64,000 nt of DNA from a virus: IMG/VR virus record IMGVR_UViG_3300035696_000019, positions 41,924 to 105,923 of that record, one strand, 5' to 3'. This document shows, piece by piece, positions 8,660 to 17,336 of the stretch (the first letter of the stretch is position 1; each line of letters opens with the position of its first letter). The translations under genes were made by a program, and so were the position numbers. The notes under the pieces were generated by a model that had not been told where the DNA came from, made no database searches, and saw only the letters and a program-made list of their open reading frames with translations.

Positions 8660-9382
8660 TTAGGGGCATGTGTCCGGCCAGCAGCCATCCACAAGGCGAC
8701 TGCCAATCGCGCAGCACTCACTGACAAGAGCCTGAGATAGATTGCCACGGAAGAACGACTCGACGCAGCCGAGAATGCTGCCGCGCAGCGTCTTGCGAAG
8801 CTCGACCATAAGCCACTCTTCGCCGGGCTTGCGTTCCAGCAGCCAGCGACTGAAGTCAGCCCCGACCACTTCCGACGCCTCATAGACGAACATGCCGCCA
8901 AAGTTCTCGCCACGCGCCTCCAGCATCCTCCACGTTGCGTCCTCAATGTCCGCAAGCAGCACGCCGATTTCGGCGACCTGCTGGTAGAGTTCGGCACAAC
9001 CCTGATCCCATATGGGCAGCAAATTGGACAGCATGTCGGGCTTGTCGCAGGTCAACATGCCGGTCATGACTGCGGCGGCATGGTGGGCGAAGTATTGCGG
9101 TTCCATATTGGCATGTGTTTGGCTTTTGACGTTCATGACAGTTCCTCTCAGGTTCGGGCCGACGCGCAGGCCGCCTTTCGGGCCGACGCTCAGAACGTAA
9201 TCGGGGTCTTCTACGACCTCATCGTAAGTCTTGGCGATGTGGATCGACGCAGGCTCGGGCTGGTTGCCGAACGCCAACATTTCGTTGACGTAGAGCACGT
9301 ATGCGCACTTGGCGTTGTTGACGCTATGCAGGCGTCTTCCTTCGGTGACAGGCGTTGAGCCGATGCAGAGAATGCATTTCAT
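8660..9382 (-). CDS. hypothetical protein (possible fusion; internal GAGG RBS before MNVKSQ)
   Basis: 240-aa ORF with AAGGA RBS. Confidence 0.6.
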   Translation of the reverse strand: MKCILCIGSTPVTEGRRLHSVNNAKCAYVLYVNEMLAFGNQPEPASIHIAKTYDEVVEDPDYVLSVGPKGGLRVGPNLRGTVMNVKSQTHANMEPQYFAHHAAAVMTGMLTCDKPDMLSNLLPIWDQGCAELYQQVAEIGVLLADIEDATWRMLEARGENFGGMFVYEASEVVGADFSRWLLERKPGEEWLMVELRKTLRGSILGCVESFFRGNLSQALVSECCAIGSRLVDGCWPDTCP

Positions 9383-9394
9383 GATGGATTCCTT

Positions 9395-9697
9395 TCAGGC
9401 AGCAAGCGCCAGGCGGTCGATGTAATGACGAGCAACCCGTTCCATCGCCTCCTTCAGATCGGTGACGCCCAAGTGGTAGCGAGTCATCAGCGGGCGTTCC
9501 GAGAACTCGTATTTGGTCAAATACCGACTCAGATAACCCACGCGACCGTAGCAGTCGCTCACCAACCACGTCTCCCGCGTAAAGACGCTGAAGTCGATCA
9601 CCCAATCTTCCTCGTCGGTTTCGATGTGGTAGTTGTGATCGTCATCCTTGACGAGCGCGAAGCGGGCATCGCCCACCATGAAAGTGCGTTCGATCAT
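9395..9697 (-). CDS. hypothetical protein
   Basis: GGAG RBS before MIERTF. Confidence 0.7.
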   Translation of the reverse strand: MIERTFMVGDARFALVKDDDHNYHIETDEEDWVIDFSVFTRETWLVSDCYGRVGYLSRYLTKYEFSERPLMTRYHLGVTDLKEAMERVARHYIDRLALAA

Positions 9698-9968
9698 GTT
9701 TATCTCCGGTTTCGTTTCCATGCATACAGTATGCGACGTGAGAATAGGCGTTACTATGTCACCGATGACTTACCCAAACAAGTCGCCAAAGGCAGAATCA
9801 GGATTTCGAAACCGGGAGAGGAAGACAATTCGCGCCAACGACGGTGGGCGTAATCGAAGGCCATGCGACGATCCGCCACCATCTCCTCGGGCCGTCCGTT
9901 ATCAGTAACAAGCCAATTGCCTTCACCGAGACTGCGCAGTGTGACAATTGGTTTCATGATGGCTCCTG

Positions 9969-10232
9969 TTAGAACATGAGGGCGTGACGCGAGCGCACGT
10001 CGACGTAATCAATACCCTTCGTAGCCCGCAGCCAATGATCCAGATCGCCTTCCGTGCAGCGCGCCTGCACATGCACCTGGGAGATTGTCGGGTCTTCACG
10101 ATAGACGCCACCATCGCGCGCTACATCCACCCAACTGAGCTTCTCCAGACGCCGGATCAGCGTCGCTTTGGCTTTGGTCGACACGTCGATGACGAACTGT
10201 TTGGCTATAAGCGTTTTCTTCGGTTTCATCAT
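9969..10232 (-). CDS. hypothetical protein
   Basis: 87 aa; operator box at 10242 upstream. Confidence 0.65.
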   Translation of the reverse strand: MMKPKKTLIAKQFVIDVSTKAKATLIRRLEKLSWVDVARDGGVYREDPTISQVHVQARCTEGDLDHWLRATKGIDYVDVRSRHALMF

Positions 10233-10316
10233 ATCACCTATAAGTCAGTTGTGAGTTATCTGATGAATATATTATCGCAAGCGGATAAAGGGCTTTCCGC
10301 TTGCGAACAGGGAGAG

Positions 10317-10736
10317 CTACAGCAGGGTGTGCAGATGCCCGATGAATACCGAGAGCACGACGGGGTCGCCCTCCGCCACTTCGAACAAGCGTTCGCGTGC
10401 CGCCTCGGGCGTGTCGGCGGCCAGGTGGAAAACGAAGGGCTGGAGATTGTCGGCATAATAGCCAACCACGGTGAAGGCCGAGTCGGCGCCAACGACACGG
10501 GTGTTGATGGTGCGGATGGTGATCGGCACTTGCTTCTCGCGGATCGCCTGCAAACGCTTGGCGAGGGTCTTATGAACCATTTCAGGCGCCTCCTCGACCA
10601 CGCCAACGCCATTGTCATCGCGGATGTCAGCACGCAGCATGGCTGATCCGAGAAACTGGCCGATGGCGTAAGCCAGAGCGGTCTTGCCAACCCCTGCCGG
10701 GGCACATACCGTGATGTGGATTTCGGGAGTCTTCAT
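10317..10736 (-). CDS. small protein with N-terminal P-loop
   Basis: APAGVGKT Walker A-like motif. Confidence 0.6.
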   Translation of the reverse strand: MKTPEIHITVCAPAGVGKTALAYAIGQFLGSAMLRADIRDDNGVGVVEEAPEMVHKTLAKRLQAIREKQVPITIRTINTRVVGADSAFTVVGYYADNLQPFVFHLAADTPEAARERLFEVAEGDPVVLSVFIGHLHTLL

Positions 10737-10919
10737 TGCTTGGGGTTCCTGTAAGTGTTCAACCATGCGAGGCCGAACTGGTTGCGAATCTGTTGCAGCA
10801 AGGGCTGGTCGGCTACCGGCAGATGGCGATAGTCGCCCGTCATCCAGCAAAGACGCAGAGCCTTTCTCCAGAATCGCCCATGCGTGACGGCAAAGCGCCG
10901 CAACGCCGCCTACTGATCT

Positions 10920-11285
10920 TCATTGGGTTGTTGCTTCATTCGAGGCTCCTTCCAGCGCTTTCAATGCCTGGCGCAGTTCGTCGCGCCCGTAGTCGGCGGC
11001 GTTGAAAGTGCATTGGGCGATGTCGTCCAGTTGTTCGATAATCCAGACTACTTTCTCTCGGTTGTCACCCCGGACGTTCTTAGCCAGGGCATGCAATTGG
11101 CTGAGAATTCCACTCAGGAAGTCTTCAGCCGGGTATTGGGTCATCGCCTCCTCGACGTGTGCGTCGATACCCTTGACAGCCTGAAGCTGGGCGTCAAGGG
11201 TCAGCAACTCCTCGATGCGGTCTTCGGGCAGTGTGCCGTTAAGGCGGAAGTGCTCCGCGTTGGTCAGGTTGGTGGCGTAGACCAT
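10920..11285 (-). CDS. hypothetical helical protein
   Basis: ORF with coding-like composition. Confidence 0.65.
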   Translation of the reverse strand: MVYATNLTNAEHFRLNGTLPEDRIEELLTLDAQLQAVKGIDAHVEEAMTQYPAEDFLSGILSQLHALAKNVRGDNREKVVWIIEQLDDIAQCTFNAADYGRDELRQALKALEGASNEATTQ

Positions 11286-11337
11286 AACTTTCTCGCTTGG
11301 GTTTGTTGGTTCGATAGGGTTATTGTGCCGATTGGGG

Positions 11338-11934
11338 TCAGACGCAAAACACAAAAATGCGCCCCTGCGCCTTGAGGTATTGGGTATCCGCGAACATGTC
11401 GGTAAGCACCAGATGATCACCACGCGCCATCAAGTTCGCCCCATGCACGTCCAGCTCCAGGGCGCCGATCCAGTTGGTAGCGAAATGCTCAACATCCAGT
11501 ATCGCGTTGACGTAATCGTCGTCGCCGGTTGACTCTGCGTGTTCCACCATCGCTGCGAGCCTTCTGCGCTGCCAGTCTCGCCCTCGCCACTCCTCAAAAG
11601 CAGCACGGTTGAAGGCGCGCACGAGCCGACGCCCCTGCTTTGCAACTGGCGCTCCTGCTCGATGTAGTGGCGTAAGTTTTTCAATCTCCAGCACGTCGAT
11701 CGGCAATCGCGCACTGTCCTCTCTGTGGCGGCCATACAGCGCTGGGAAGAAATCGCCCTTGCAGTAGTCGAGAAAATTGACGTATGCCAGGTCGCTCGTC
11801 ACCTTCATGACACGATCACCACAGTCGTATACAGCAGAGAACATACCCCGGCCAATCGGCTTGGCATCGTCCAGCCCATACTTGAACAGAATGTTTCTGA
11901 TCCCGGGGTCGCGTAGGCTAAAGGTGCGTCTCAT
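11338..11934 (-). CDS. protein kinase, T7 gp0.7 kinase-domain-like
   Basis: Gly loop IGRGMFSAVY, VMK lysine, catalytic DVHGAN, and LTD metal-binding Asp. Confidence 0.75.
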   Translation of the reverse strand: MRRTFSLRDPGIRNILFKYGLDDAKPIGRGMFSAVYDCGDRVMKVTSDLAYVNFLDYCKGDFFPALYGRHREDSARLPIDVLEIEKLTPLHRAGAPVAKQGRRLVRAFNRAAFEEWRGRDWQRRRLAAMVEHAESTGDDDYVNAILDVEHFATNWIGALELDVHGANLMARGDHLVLTDMFADTQYLKAQGRIFVFCV

Positions 11935-11964
11935 GGTCGTTCTCTGCGTGTTGTTTCGATAGAT

Positions 11965-12495
11965 TTATTGTGCCGGGGCCGCAGTGGATGGCGAATTCAA
12001 GGTCTTGAGCGCTGTCTGAACCGTCTGGACAATCTCCTTCAGATCCAGATAGTCCGGGTTGGGCTTTTCGGACAGTTGAAGCCACCACTCGTCGCCAAAT
12101 ACCCCATAAAGAAAGTCGCCCTCCTCGCTGTGGTGGCCCATCAACTCGGATCGATCAAACAGTCGCCGCGCGTCTTTCTTCGACAAGTCACCTTCGCGGC
12201 GCTGGCAACAGATCGCCGCTCGGACGTGAGCGGGTAACGCGTCTTCATCGACGACCATGCTCGACATGTCAGGCTTGAGCTTGTTGACAAGGTAGGGTGC
12301 ATCACACTCGGCTAAGAAGGACGTGATGGTGTGACTCTCGCCCATGTGACTCCAATAGTGCGACCAGGCTTCGCCGACGCGCTCGATGGTGATGCGGCCG
12401 GCGCCAGGGCCAAAGTCTTCGAGGAAGACATTGATGGTGTCGCGTTCTTCTTTGAGAATGCTGATCTTGCGCACGGTGGATTCGGTGATTCTCAT
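11965..12495 (-). CDS. conserved phage hypothetical protein
   Basis: 176 aa. The G-ITI...AWS.YW..MG pattern is common in phage proteins. Confidence 0.7.
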   Translation of the reverse strand: MRITESTVRKISILKEERDTINVFLEDFGPGAGRITIERVGEAWSHYWSHMGESHTITSFLAECDAPYLVNKLKPDMSSMVVDEDALPAHVRAAICCQRREGDLSKKDARRLFDRSELMGHHSEEGDFLYGVFGDEWWLQLSEKPNPDYLDLKEIVQTVQTALKTLNSPSTAAPAQ

Positions 12496-12496
12496 G

Positions 12497-12724
12497 TCAG
12501 TTCTCGATCAATTTGACCATGCGCTTGCAGCGCCGGATGTAGCGCTCGATCATGCCTGCCACGCGCCCAATGCGCGTCTCATACTCGACCTCGTGACGAA
12601 TGCACGTCCTGAACACGAACTCCTCCACCGCCTCAACACCGTCATACGGGCCATCGGTGGTGTCGTAGTCGATCCGGCAGGTGTAGACGGTTTCAATCTT
12701 GACCTGCGGCTTTTAGGCTTTCAC
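12497..12724 (-). pseudogene. 75-codon gene with in-frame TAA at codon 4
   Basis: AAGGAG RBS, then GTG AAA GCC TAA followed by an open frame KPQVKIETVY...LIEN*. Confidence 0.5.
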
Positions 12725-12960
12725 TTTGGTCTCCTTACAAGATCGAAATGAGTGTCATCGATCATGTAGGCATTGAGTTCGTTGTGATCTACCGCTATCG
12801 GGTAGGTCTCCTCCGGGAAGGTGATGGACTCGTCGGCCACGCCCACTACGCGCATTTCAAGCGTCTTCATGTGAGAGAGGCCGAGTTTGCGACCAAAGAT
12901 GATTTCCAGTCCGTTGTCGTTCAGACGCACGATGTCGCCCATTTTCAGTTTGCAGGCCAT
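12721..12960 (-). CDS. hypothetical protein (SH3/KOW-like start)
   Basis: KLKMGDIVRL; 79 aa. Confidence 0.65.
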   Translation of the reverse strand: MACKLKMGDIVRLNDNGLEIIFGRKLGLSHMKTLEMRVVGVADESITFPEETYPIAVDHNELNAYMIDDTHFDLVRRPK

Positions 12961-13190
12961 TACGCGCCCTCCGTGGCCGTGGTCCGATTGGTGTCGCGCA
13001 CAAAGTCCACCAGACCGGCGAAGTCCAGCTTGCCGACCTGATGAACGAAGCGATAAAAGCAGGACTCGATGGACTCGCCATTACGGTCCAGCAGATGAAC
13101 CTTGCGCGTGGTGATCTTCACGCCATACACGCCACACAGGTCGCCCATGAATGTCGGCGGAACCATTACGGATACGAGGTCAGCAGTCAT
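12960..13190 (-). CDS. hypothetical protein, paralog of 13933..14130
   Basis: Shared VPP...GVKIT...LLD...LDF..LVDFVR. Confidence 0.75.
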   Translation of the reverse strand: MTADLVSVMVPPTFMGDLCGVYGVKITTRKVHLLDRNGESIESCFYRFVHQVGKLDFAGLVDFVRDTNRTTATEGA

Positions 13191-13420
13191 ACGCACCCCT
13201 TCTTGATCCAGGCAGCGACCTGCTTGTCGTGAATGGCCTGAAGTAGCTTATGCAGGGCGGCATACGGCTTGCGCTGCTCGTTCGCCTCGCGCTCCGTCTT
13301 GCCCTCGCAACGCGATGCGGTGTTGTCCAGGTCGCGGAGAAAGGCCGTCTGCGTCGGCCAGGACAGCGCCGCAAAGAGGGATTCCGTCATTTCCAGCAGG
13401 TGTTTGTTCGGGGCGCTCAT
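13187..13420 (-). CDS. hypothetical protein
   Basis: 77 aa with overlapping start/stop. Confidence 0.65.
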   Translation of the reverse strand: MSAPNKHLLEMTESLFAALSWPTQTAFLRDLDNTASRCEGKTEREANEQRKPYAALHKLLQAIHDKQVAAWIKKGCV

Positions 13421-13505
13421 ACAGCCTCCTTGACGACTTGTTCGATCAAGCTCTGCGTGAGCCGCGACAGGTAGGCGCTGAGAACCTTTGCGTGTTGGGC
13501 GTTAT

Positions 13506-13730
13506 TCATGATTGTTTCCTCGGTTGCGTGGGCGGAAGAACGTAGGCGGAGCGGCAATTGCCACTTGTCAACATGCGCCGACAGTGAGCGTCCGCCTCTT
13601 CCGCCGAATCCCACAATGAGCGCGACTGAAAGCCGCTGCCTTTGGCAGTTTCGACAACCGCCCACTTTTCCGCGCGGTAAAGCGGGGTCGGATTGTGCTT
13701 GGCTGCTTGAGCCTGATGCCAGGTGGTCAT
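13506..13730 (-). CDS. hypothetical protein
   Basis: GGAGG RBS. Confidence 0.6.
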   Translation of the reverse strand: MTTWHQAQAAKHNPTPLYRAEKWAVVETAKGSGFQSRSLWDSAEEADAHCRRMLTSGNCRSAYVLPPTQPRKQS

Positions 13731-13936
13731 TTGCGTTCCTCCAGCCAGTAGAACCATGTGTCGGGCTGCTCTTTATTCCACTTCGCGACTAGGCTGGCGC
13801 AGACCTTCATCAGTGCGCACTCCGGGTGGCCGTCGGGGTCAGACAACATCCAGTGCTGATAACCTGTCCATTTGGCCTCGGTATCAATGCCCGTTGGTAT
13901 ATGCCTGCGTATCAGGCGCGGAAGTTGGGTTTTCAT
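13727..13936 (-). CDS. hypothetical protein
   Basis: ATGA overlap with neighbouring genes. Confidence 0.55.
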   Translation of the reverse strand: MKTQLPRLIRRHIPTGIDTEAKWTGYQHWMLSDPDGHPECALMKVCASLVAKWNKEQPDTWFYWLEERK

Positions 13937-14130
13937 TGAGCGCCCCTCACGAAATCCACCAGTCTGCCAAAGTCCAGATTGGCGATCTGACTGACGTGAC
14001 GGTAGGTTTTGGATTCGGTCGGGCGTCCCAACTGATCCAGCAGACGCACTTCGCTGGCGGTGATTTTCACACCAAAGGCGCCATAGATTTCCGCCAGGTA
14101 AATCGGCGGAACAATAACCGATGAGGTCAT
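13933..14130 (-). CDS. hypothetical protein, paralog of 12960..13190
   Basis: GGAG RBS and clear pairwise similarity. Confidence 0.75.
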   Translation of the reverse strand: MTSSVIVPPIYLAEIYGAFGVKITASEVRLLDQLGRPTESKTYRHVSQIANLDFGRLVDFVRGAQ

Positions 14131-14141
14131 AACACTCTCCC

Positions 14142-14471
14142 TTAGCGGTGCGTGAAGTAAACGCGACGCCATTCGGCGAACTCGGGATGGTCGGGACGAA
14201 CTTCGCTCCTGACAATGCAGTAGCTTTGGCCCTTCGACTCGCTCACATACATGAAGCCCGCGTAGCAGCCGGCGCGATGCATCGCCTCTTCAAGCATGGT
14301 GTTGGCACCATCCGCCAGACCGACGTAATAGTCGGCGGATTTCTCGCGCACATGATCGGCTTGGCTCTCGACCGGCACAGTCGCCTTCACCCGCAGCACC
14401 TCATCAACGTGCCGTAAAATCAACTCTTGGCGCTCCATCAGCCTGAGCACATGAGTGGGGGTTTTCGCCAT
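14142..14471 (-). CDS. hypothetical protein
   Basis: GGAG RBS; promoter-family copy near 14506. Confidence 0.7.
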   Translation of the reverse strand: MAKTPTHVLRLMERQELILRHVDEVLRVKATVPVESQADHVREKSADYYVGLADGANTMLEEAMHRAGCYAGFMYVSESKGQSYCIVRSEVRPDHPEFAEWRRVYFTHR

Positions 14472-14538
14472 GATTGCGTCTCCGGTTGTTTCGTTTCGAT
14501 AATTCATTGTCGCAAGCGGATAGAGGACTTACGCTTGT

Positions 14539-14805
14539 TCACGCGGGAGATTGCGAAGACGGCCTGTGCGTGCGTGTATCGCCCCGTGGCAGCGCCAGAA
14601 TCTCGCCATTGCCGATCATGCGGTGACGCCATCGACCCTCGGGGGTGCGCGTGGGCGAACCATGCAGCCGCATGATGTCCTCGATATACCAGACCACCGC
14701 CGACTCCTCGGTATGGGCGGCGATTTCAATCATCGGGAAACGGCGCGACCCGCGCGTCAGATCATTCGACACCGGGTCATGCCGGCCAATCATAAAAACC
14801 TTCAT
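14539..14805 (-). CDS. hypothetical protein
   Basis: ATGA overlap with the upstream gene. Confidence 0.5.
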   Translation of the reverse strand: MKVFMIGRHDPVSNDLTRGSRRFPMIEIAAHTEESAVVWYIEDIMRLHGSPTRTPEGRWRHRMIGNGEILALPRGDTRTHRPSSQSPA

Positions 14806-15195
14806 TCCATCCTCAACATTTGCATGGCGCGTTCGTTGCACGCCTTAATGACTCGCTGACACAAGTCAACGTCAAACATGCCGATGTGACAGTCAGCGGG
14901 GTCAATTCCCAACGCCTCCGCAAGCCACTTGTAGGCACTGACGCGCGCCACGTTCTCACCCCCTCCAGATCGGGTCAAAGGCGGCGTGGGCGGCCGACTT
15001 CATGCTGCGCAGTTCGGCATCAGCAAGCCTGCCCAGCGGGCGCTCGGAATGCGGGTGACACCCGACATACGCATCACAGGGCGCGCAGCGGTAAAAGACC
15101 TTGGCATACAGGTCAGGGCGGTGCGAATAGATGACCTTGCCCGATACCTTCTCAGACCACTTGCCGCAATACGGGCATTTAGGATTGATGTTCAT
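14802..15195 (-). pseudogene. DUF3268-family zinc-finger protein with +1 frameshift in a G5 run (14959-14963)
   Basis: CPYC...CDAYVGCH...LGRLAD...HAAFDPIW, then AYKWLA...CHIGMFD in the next frame. Confidence 0.75.
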
Positions 15196-15538
15196 GGTAT
15201 TCGTTGGTCACCAGGAGTTTGATCGGGCGAACTTTGAGTGACATCACCCGAATGAAGGAAAGAATACGCGCCGCTGCCGCGAAAACATCACGCTCGGATT
15301 TGCCGACAAAAGAAATGCGACAATACGGGTGCTTGCTGGAGCGGGTGTCGTTTACCTTGCAACGAACGCCAAATCGCTTGGCGGTGGCAAATGCAAAATC
15401 TTCGACGTGCGCAATGGCGTCGATACTCGAATAGGCATGAAGGGAGTCCAGAGTGTCGTAACAGATAACGACAAGGAAGGATCTTTTGCCAGCGCCCAGC
15501 TTCAAGCCAGCGGCCTCCACGATTTCAGAAACGTTCAT
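15179..15538 (-). CDS. hypothetical protein
   Basis: 119 aa with GGAG RBS. Confidence 0.6.
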   Translation of the reverse strand: MNVSEIVEAAGLKLGAGKRSFLVVICYDTLDSLHAYSSIDAIAHVEDFAFATAKRFGVRCKVNDTRSSKHPYCRISFVGKSERDVFAAAARILSFIRVMSLKVRPIKLLVTNEYHEHQS

Positions 15539-15698
15539 ATCTATCTCCTCCGCCGCAGCGGCACAATATCTCTTGCAAACCCGCAGCCTTCTACCCGGAT
15601 GCAGTGCTTCACTTTGTTGGCGTAAAGCTGACCCCAGGCCAGCGCCCAGTCTTGTCGGTCAAAGTGCCGACCCACCACGATGTAATCGGCACTCATGG

Positions 15699-16310
15699 TC
15701 AATTGCCCTTCGCTTGCAGACGCGCGCACAGAAAGGCCAACATGTCGTTGACTACGTCCGTCGGCAGATAGGGCAAGTTGATCGAGGTGGTTTGACTGTC
15801 GCCCGATACGGAAACGGCGGCATAGCGCCCGCGCCCGCCCGGCAGCGTCAGATGCAGACGCCTGGGGCTGTCGTCGCCCGAAGCGAGACGTTCAACCGTG
15901 CGCGTGTCTCCCGCCGTCGTCGCCAGGCGCACCGCCATCGCCTTCTGGCGGTCGGTTTTCGCGTTCGATTCGGCGACCATATCGAGCGATTTTTGCCACG
16001 CGCCGTTCAGCAGAGGCGTCAACAGTCGGCGGCGAATGTCTCGCGCCAACGTTTCCGCACTGCGTGTCATCGTCAACTTGATGGGATACAAATCATGATC
16101 ACCCACTTGCCGATAACTCTGGGCGTCTTCCGGCCAAGCCACGCTGACCGTCACCTTGTCGATATGAGGATGAACGCCAAACACGACACGCAGCGTCGGC
16201 CCATCGGAGTGCGTCAGCTTGAACGTTTCACCTGCGCCGCATGGGTTGCGGAATTCGGCAACGCAGCCTAGTAAAGCGCCAATCTCATTGGCCTTTTGAT
16301 CGTATTTCAT
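15699..16310 (-). CDS. hypothetical protein
   Basis: GGAG RBS before MKYDQ. Confidence 0.7.
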   Translation of the reverse strand: MKYDQKANEIGALLGCVAEFRNPCGAGETFKLTHSDGPTLRVVFGVHPHIDKVTVSVAWPEDAQSYRQVGDHDLYPIKLTMTRSAETLARDIRRRLLTPLLNGAWQKSLDMVAESNAKTDRQKAMAVRLATTAGDTRTVERLASGDDSPRRLHLTLPGGRGRYAAVSVSGDSQTTSINLPYLPTDVVNDMLAFLCARLQAKGN

Positions 16311-16546
16311 TGAATGTTCTCCCAAACATGCGCACCCACCTTGCGGCATTGCGCGAAATTCGCCTCAAGCATGGACAGGTCATCCACTTGCGGCTGACGG
16401 TCACAGCGGCCAACCAGCGTCGGCACGCCCACTTCATTCAGCACGCGAAACTCGTAGGGCAGTTCGCGTCCAGAGGGCAGCAAATCACCCCCGATCGCGT
16501 TTCCGCGCTCTAACGCCTGTGCGCCTTTGGTCACAATCCATTTCAT
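16307..16546 (-). CDS. hypothetical protein
   Basis: AGGGG RBS; promoter and operator upstream. Confidence 0.65.
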   Translation of the reverse strand: MKWIVTKGAQALERGNAIGGDLLPSGRELPYEFRVLNEVGVPTLVGRCDRQPQVDDLSMLEANFAQCRKVGAHVWENIQ

Positions 16547-16855
16547 CGGTCGTCCCCTTTCGGTTCCGTTTTCTGATGATTCATTATGACCAGCGCGGCT
16601 AGGCATTTCTATGTCACCGATGACTTACCCGACCAGATCGCCAACTCGCGCAAAAGCAATAAATCGCCCTGCCACAGAATCGCGTTCTGAGAGCGTTTTA
16701 CAGTTCGGATAAGGTCGGACTATGGAAACGGTAAAATAATCGCGTATAGCGCGATTCTGTGCGTCTACCTACGCACTTGCGATATAGCTCGCGTTACAAC
16801 CAGCACAGCGCATTGGGCGCACTCCGTTCAAACCCCCAAGGGGGTCAGCCGACTC

Positions 16856-16906
16856 AAAAAAACACCCGTCCAGAGGACGGGCATGGCTCGTGGGAAGAAC
16901 AAGAGT
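16856..16906 (-). ncRNA. candidate ~50-nt small RNA (pyrimidine-rich seed plus intrinsic terminator)
   Basis: TTGACA(16941-16936)-17-CATACT(16918-16913), a CCCGTCC-TCT-GGACGGG hairpin followed by T7, and no plausible ORF. Confidence 0.6.
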
Positions 16907-16941
16907 GAGATAAGTATGTGGTGACTTACCTTCAATGTCAA

Positions 16942-17283
16942 CTACCAGGCATCGTCTACCGTGGGCTTGTGCGGCGCAGGCGCAGGCTTGACCGGCACCA
17001 GTTTGCGTGGTGACGCCACCACCACGCAAAACTCGGGTGATGCGCGCCATTTGCCACGACTCGGGTGGGGGTTGCCATATTCATCGGTTTGATCGCCCGA
17101 CAGCGTTCGGCTGTTGATGCGATTCACTCGCATGTAGATATCCTCACCAATGCGGTTGGTAAACTTCACAATCGCGCCAACACACAATTGACGATCCATA
17201 CGACGTGACTGTTCGGCATTCACCGCGTCAAACAGTTTGGCGAACGCCTCTTCCGAGAGATTCTGCAAGGCGGCAATATTCAT
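16942..17283 (-). CDS. hypothetical protein ending ...DDAW
   Basis: ORF from MNIAAL. Confidence 0.7.
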   Translation of the reverse strand: MNIAALQNLSEEAFAKLFDAVNAEQSRRMDRQLCVGAIVKFTNRIGEDIYMRVNRINSRTLSGDQTDEYGNPHPSRGKWRASPEFCVVVASPRKLVPVKPAPAPHKPTVDDAW

Positions 17284-17336
17284 GGTCGAGTCTTTAAACG
17301 GGCGACACCGCGATAGCGCCGCCCTGGGTGAGTAGA

